Made by a program: the position numbers and the translations under genes
Origin: a virus
Lineage: Duplodnaviria > Caudoviricetes
Virus record (IMG/VR): IMGVR_UViG_3300020043_000013
Coordinates: 1-24,967 of that record
Reading direction: 5' to 3' (one strand)
DNA: 24,967 nt
Notes under the pieces: model-generated
What the model saw: only the letters and a program-made list of their open reading frames with translations
Databases searched by the model: none
What the model was told of the DNA's origin: nothing
Part shown: positions 23,144-24,967 of the stretch, one piece after another
Layout: each line of letters begins with the position of its first letter
Position numbering within the stretch: position 1 is the first letter of the stretch

Positions 23144-23376
23144 CTGAATGGACAACTGAGGAAGACGAAGCATTTAACGATGTTGAAAGACAAAGCAATC
23201 TTGGTAAACAGATACTGCGTGGCTTAGGTCAGCCTTACCACTTTGACATTTATGTATCTCCATCACAAAGAAACTCAGTTCTTGAGGAAGTAGCCAAAGA
23301 GTTTGACAAGATGAAAGCCTTTGGCACTACTGCTGAGAGTTTTGCTACTTTTGTAAGGAATATGAAAAATGGGTAA
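23140..23376 (+). CDS. Hypothetical protein
   Basis: 78 aa, ATGA-coupled, AAGGA RBS. Confidence 0.7.
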   Translation: MTEWTTEEDEAFNDVERQSNLGKQILRGLGQPYHFDIYVSPSQRNSVLEEVAKEFDKMKAFGTTAESFATFVRNMKNG

Positions 23377-23566
23377 AGGGTCAACACAGAGGCCGTTTTC
23401 AGTAACAAACGAAGAATACGCAAATCGATGGAACTCCATCTTTGGAAAAGACAATGAGAAAGAAAACAAAGAGAAAGCATTGGAATCTGATCGATCCCTT
23501 GACGCACGCCCTAGTGGGAGCAGCGATAACTCAGAGGGACAAGCTGAACAAACTAAGGATGCTTGA
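23369..23566 (+). CDS. Hypothetical protein overlapping the next gene
   Basis: MGKGSTQRPFSV..EEYANRW..IFG; AAGGA upstream. Confidence 0.5.
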   Translation: MGKGSTQRPFSVTNEEYANRWNSIFGKDNEKENKEKALESDRSLDARPSGSSDNSEGQAEQTKDA

Positions 23567-23912
23567 GTATTCCGCTTTGGAGGCCATCACTAAGGGAAAC
23601 GGCACAATCCACGACTGGCGTACCTTGGTGGATGTTTTAAACCTATCCGAAACAATGGGTAGAGGCGGTATTGGCCCAGAGGTATTGCCTATCTGTGAGA
23701 AAGCCCAAAACAGCCTACATAAAGCCGCTATGCGCTATCAAGAGACAATGCATATAGGTCTGGATGGCGAAGGAATTAAGGCAATTAGAGAACTGATAGA
23801 GTATGCTGACCTACAGCAAGGAAGTATCTCAAGATCAGAGTTTGAGAGATACATTCAGAAAACAAAAGACTACATTCGTTCACATGGCGACAAGGTGGTA
23901 GAAATTGAATAA
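23454..23912 (+). CDS. Hypothetical protein
   Basis: Basic N-terminus MRKKTKRKHW, helical body; start at 23454 or 23442. Confidence 0.65.
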   Translation: MRKKTKRKHWNLIDPLTHALVGAAITQRDKLNKLRMLEYSALEAITKGNGTIHDWRTLVDVLNLSETMGRGGIGPEVLPICEKAQNSLHKAAMRYQETMHIGLDGEGIKAIRELIEYADLQQGSISRSEFERYIQKTKDYIRSHGDKVVEIE

Positions 23913-24552
23913 AGTAGAAATAGGTAATGCAACCCTGTATTTGGGGGATTGCATGGACATTCTGCCAACCTTGCCAAAGGTGGATGCGGTGATTACTGAT
24001 CCGCCTTATGGCATTGGTGCTAACAAGCAAACACTTGGCAAAGGAAAAAAACAATTTGATCGTGGTGGTGATTGGGATGATGTTTTGCCAGACATCAAAA
24101 TTTGGTTAGATTTGTCATCATTGTGTTGTTTTTGGGGTGGAAACTATTTTTCAGATCAACTTAAACCAACAAATGACTGGTTAATTTGGCACAAAATGAA
24201 TGATGGGCGTAGTTTTAGTGAATGTGAGATGGCATGGACAAACTTTGGGAAACAAGTTCGTCATTTATCCCATCATTGGTCTGGTGAAGAAAAAATGCAC
24301 CCAACTATGAAACCTTTACCTGTAATGCTTTGGACTATTGAGCAAGCTGGAAACCCTGAAACCATCCTAGACCCATTCATGGGAAGCGGTACAACAGGCG
24401 TAGCAGCAATTCAAATGGGGTGTAAATTCATAGGCATAGAGCGAGAGCCTAAATACTTTGAAATAGCTTGTAAACGCATAGAACAAGCGGTAGCACAAGG
24501 CCAGTTATTTGAGCCAGAGCCAGTAAAACAGACTCAGGAGTCCATGTTTTGA
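23905..24552 (+). CDS. DNA N6-adenine/N4-cytosine methyltransferase, beta class
   Basis: GDC, TDPPY (motif IV) preceding HPT.KP and ILDPFMGSGTTG (motif I), FIGIERE..YF. Confidence 0.92.
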   Translation: MNKVEIGNATLYLGDCMDILPTLPKVDAVITDPPYGIGANKQTLGKGKKQFDRGGDWDDVLPDIKIWLDLSSLCCFWGGNYFSDQLKPTNDWLIWHKMNDGRSFSECEMAWTNFGKQVRHLSHHWSGEEKMHPTMKPLPVMLWTIEQAGNPETILDPFMGSGTTGVAAIQMGCKFIGIEREPKYFEIACKRIEQAVAQGQLFEPEPVKQTQESMF

Positions 24553-24869
24553 AATATCCTAAATTCCCATATTTCCGTAGCACTACCCATTTGAGGAATG
24601 TAGCCTCACTCCCATGCCAATGGTGTGGAATGGATGATGGATGCCAAGCCGCACACTCAAACATGGCTATACATGGAAAAGGAAGGGGAATTCGTGCAAG
24701 TGACGAGTACACGGCTGCTCTATGCCAAACTTGCCATTACCAGCTAGATCAGGGCAATAAACTGTCAAAACAAGAACGCCAAGATATGTGGACAGAATCT
24801 CATAAACGGACATACAATAAACTCAAGTCTTTAGGTCTATGGCCTCAAGATGTACCAATGCCTTACTGA
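24549..24869 (+). CDS. DUF968/DUF1364-like Zn-binding HNH-type nuclease
   Basis: HL..VA.LPCQWCG....AAHSN...HGKG.G...SD..TAALC..CH...D.G. Confidence 0.7.
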   Translation: MKYPKFPYFRSTTHLRNVASLPCQWCGMDDGCQAAHSNMAIHGKGRGIRASDEYTAALCQTCHYQLDQGNKLSKQERQDMWTESHKRTYNKLKSLGLWPQDVPMPY

Positions 24870-24883
24870 GTTGCCAAGGTTTT

Positions 24884-24910
24884 AGAGGGACTATACGTTC
24901 CTCTTTTTTT
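24884..24910 (+). terminator. Rho-independent terminator ending the rightward early/middle operon
   Basis: AGAGGGAC-tatac-GTTCCTCT followed by a T run. Confidence 0.8.
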
Positions 24911-24944
24911 GTGCGAAAATAGCGCAAACTCCACGAGGATTGCT

Positions 24945-24967
24945 ATGAGCGGTTTACTAGAACCATC
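24945..24967 (+). CDS. Start of next gene, truncated by window edge
   Basis: GAGGA RBS then ATG AGC GGT TTA CTA GAA CCA (MSGLLEP). Confidence 0.45.

Noticed and set aside
1-24967. tRNA genes, att sites, stop-codon recoding
   Set aside because: No cloverleaf or T-loop consensus in the short intergenic gaps; no integrase; genes tile densely under the standard code with all three stop codons in use

Overview
About 25 kb of a tailed dsDNA phage genome with podovirus-type (P22/SU10-like) virion genes and a lambdoid-style early region. The spanin pair implies a Gram-negative host; a freshwater Betaproteobacterium is only my impression. On the + strand: the 3' part of the major capsid gene, a free-standing HNH endonuclease, head-tail adaptor, small tail/fibre proteins, nozzle, three probable ejection proteins and a beta-helical repeat tail fibre with an S74 chaperone. 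An expanded lysis region follows (holin, several small membrane proteins, an HNH-AP2 insertion, an extra lipoprotein, nested Rz/Rz1, GH19 endolysin). A complete leftward early operon (small ORFs, GIY-YIG, Sak3-like annealase, SSB-like, wHTH, MazG-like) converges on the endolysin. A divergent promoter region drives cro-like, wHTH, a DUF1376 initiator with iteron-like repeats, two DNA methyltransferases, nucleases and small accessory ORFs. No CI repressor, integrase, tRNA, CRISPR array or reverse transcriptase is visible. The most interesting unexplained signals are: a duplicated promoter plus 5'-hairpin cassette; near-identical inverted divergent promoters; two candidate structured RNAs; a 24-aa motif shared by the nozzle and a repeat protein; conserved DNA anchors dividing the tail fibre into cassettes; an HNH cassette that appears to have replaced a neighbour's signal peptide; and strong CCGG avoidance. 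All family assignments are from motif recognition by eye, not database searches.
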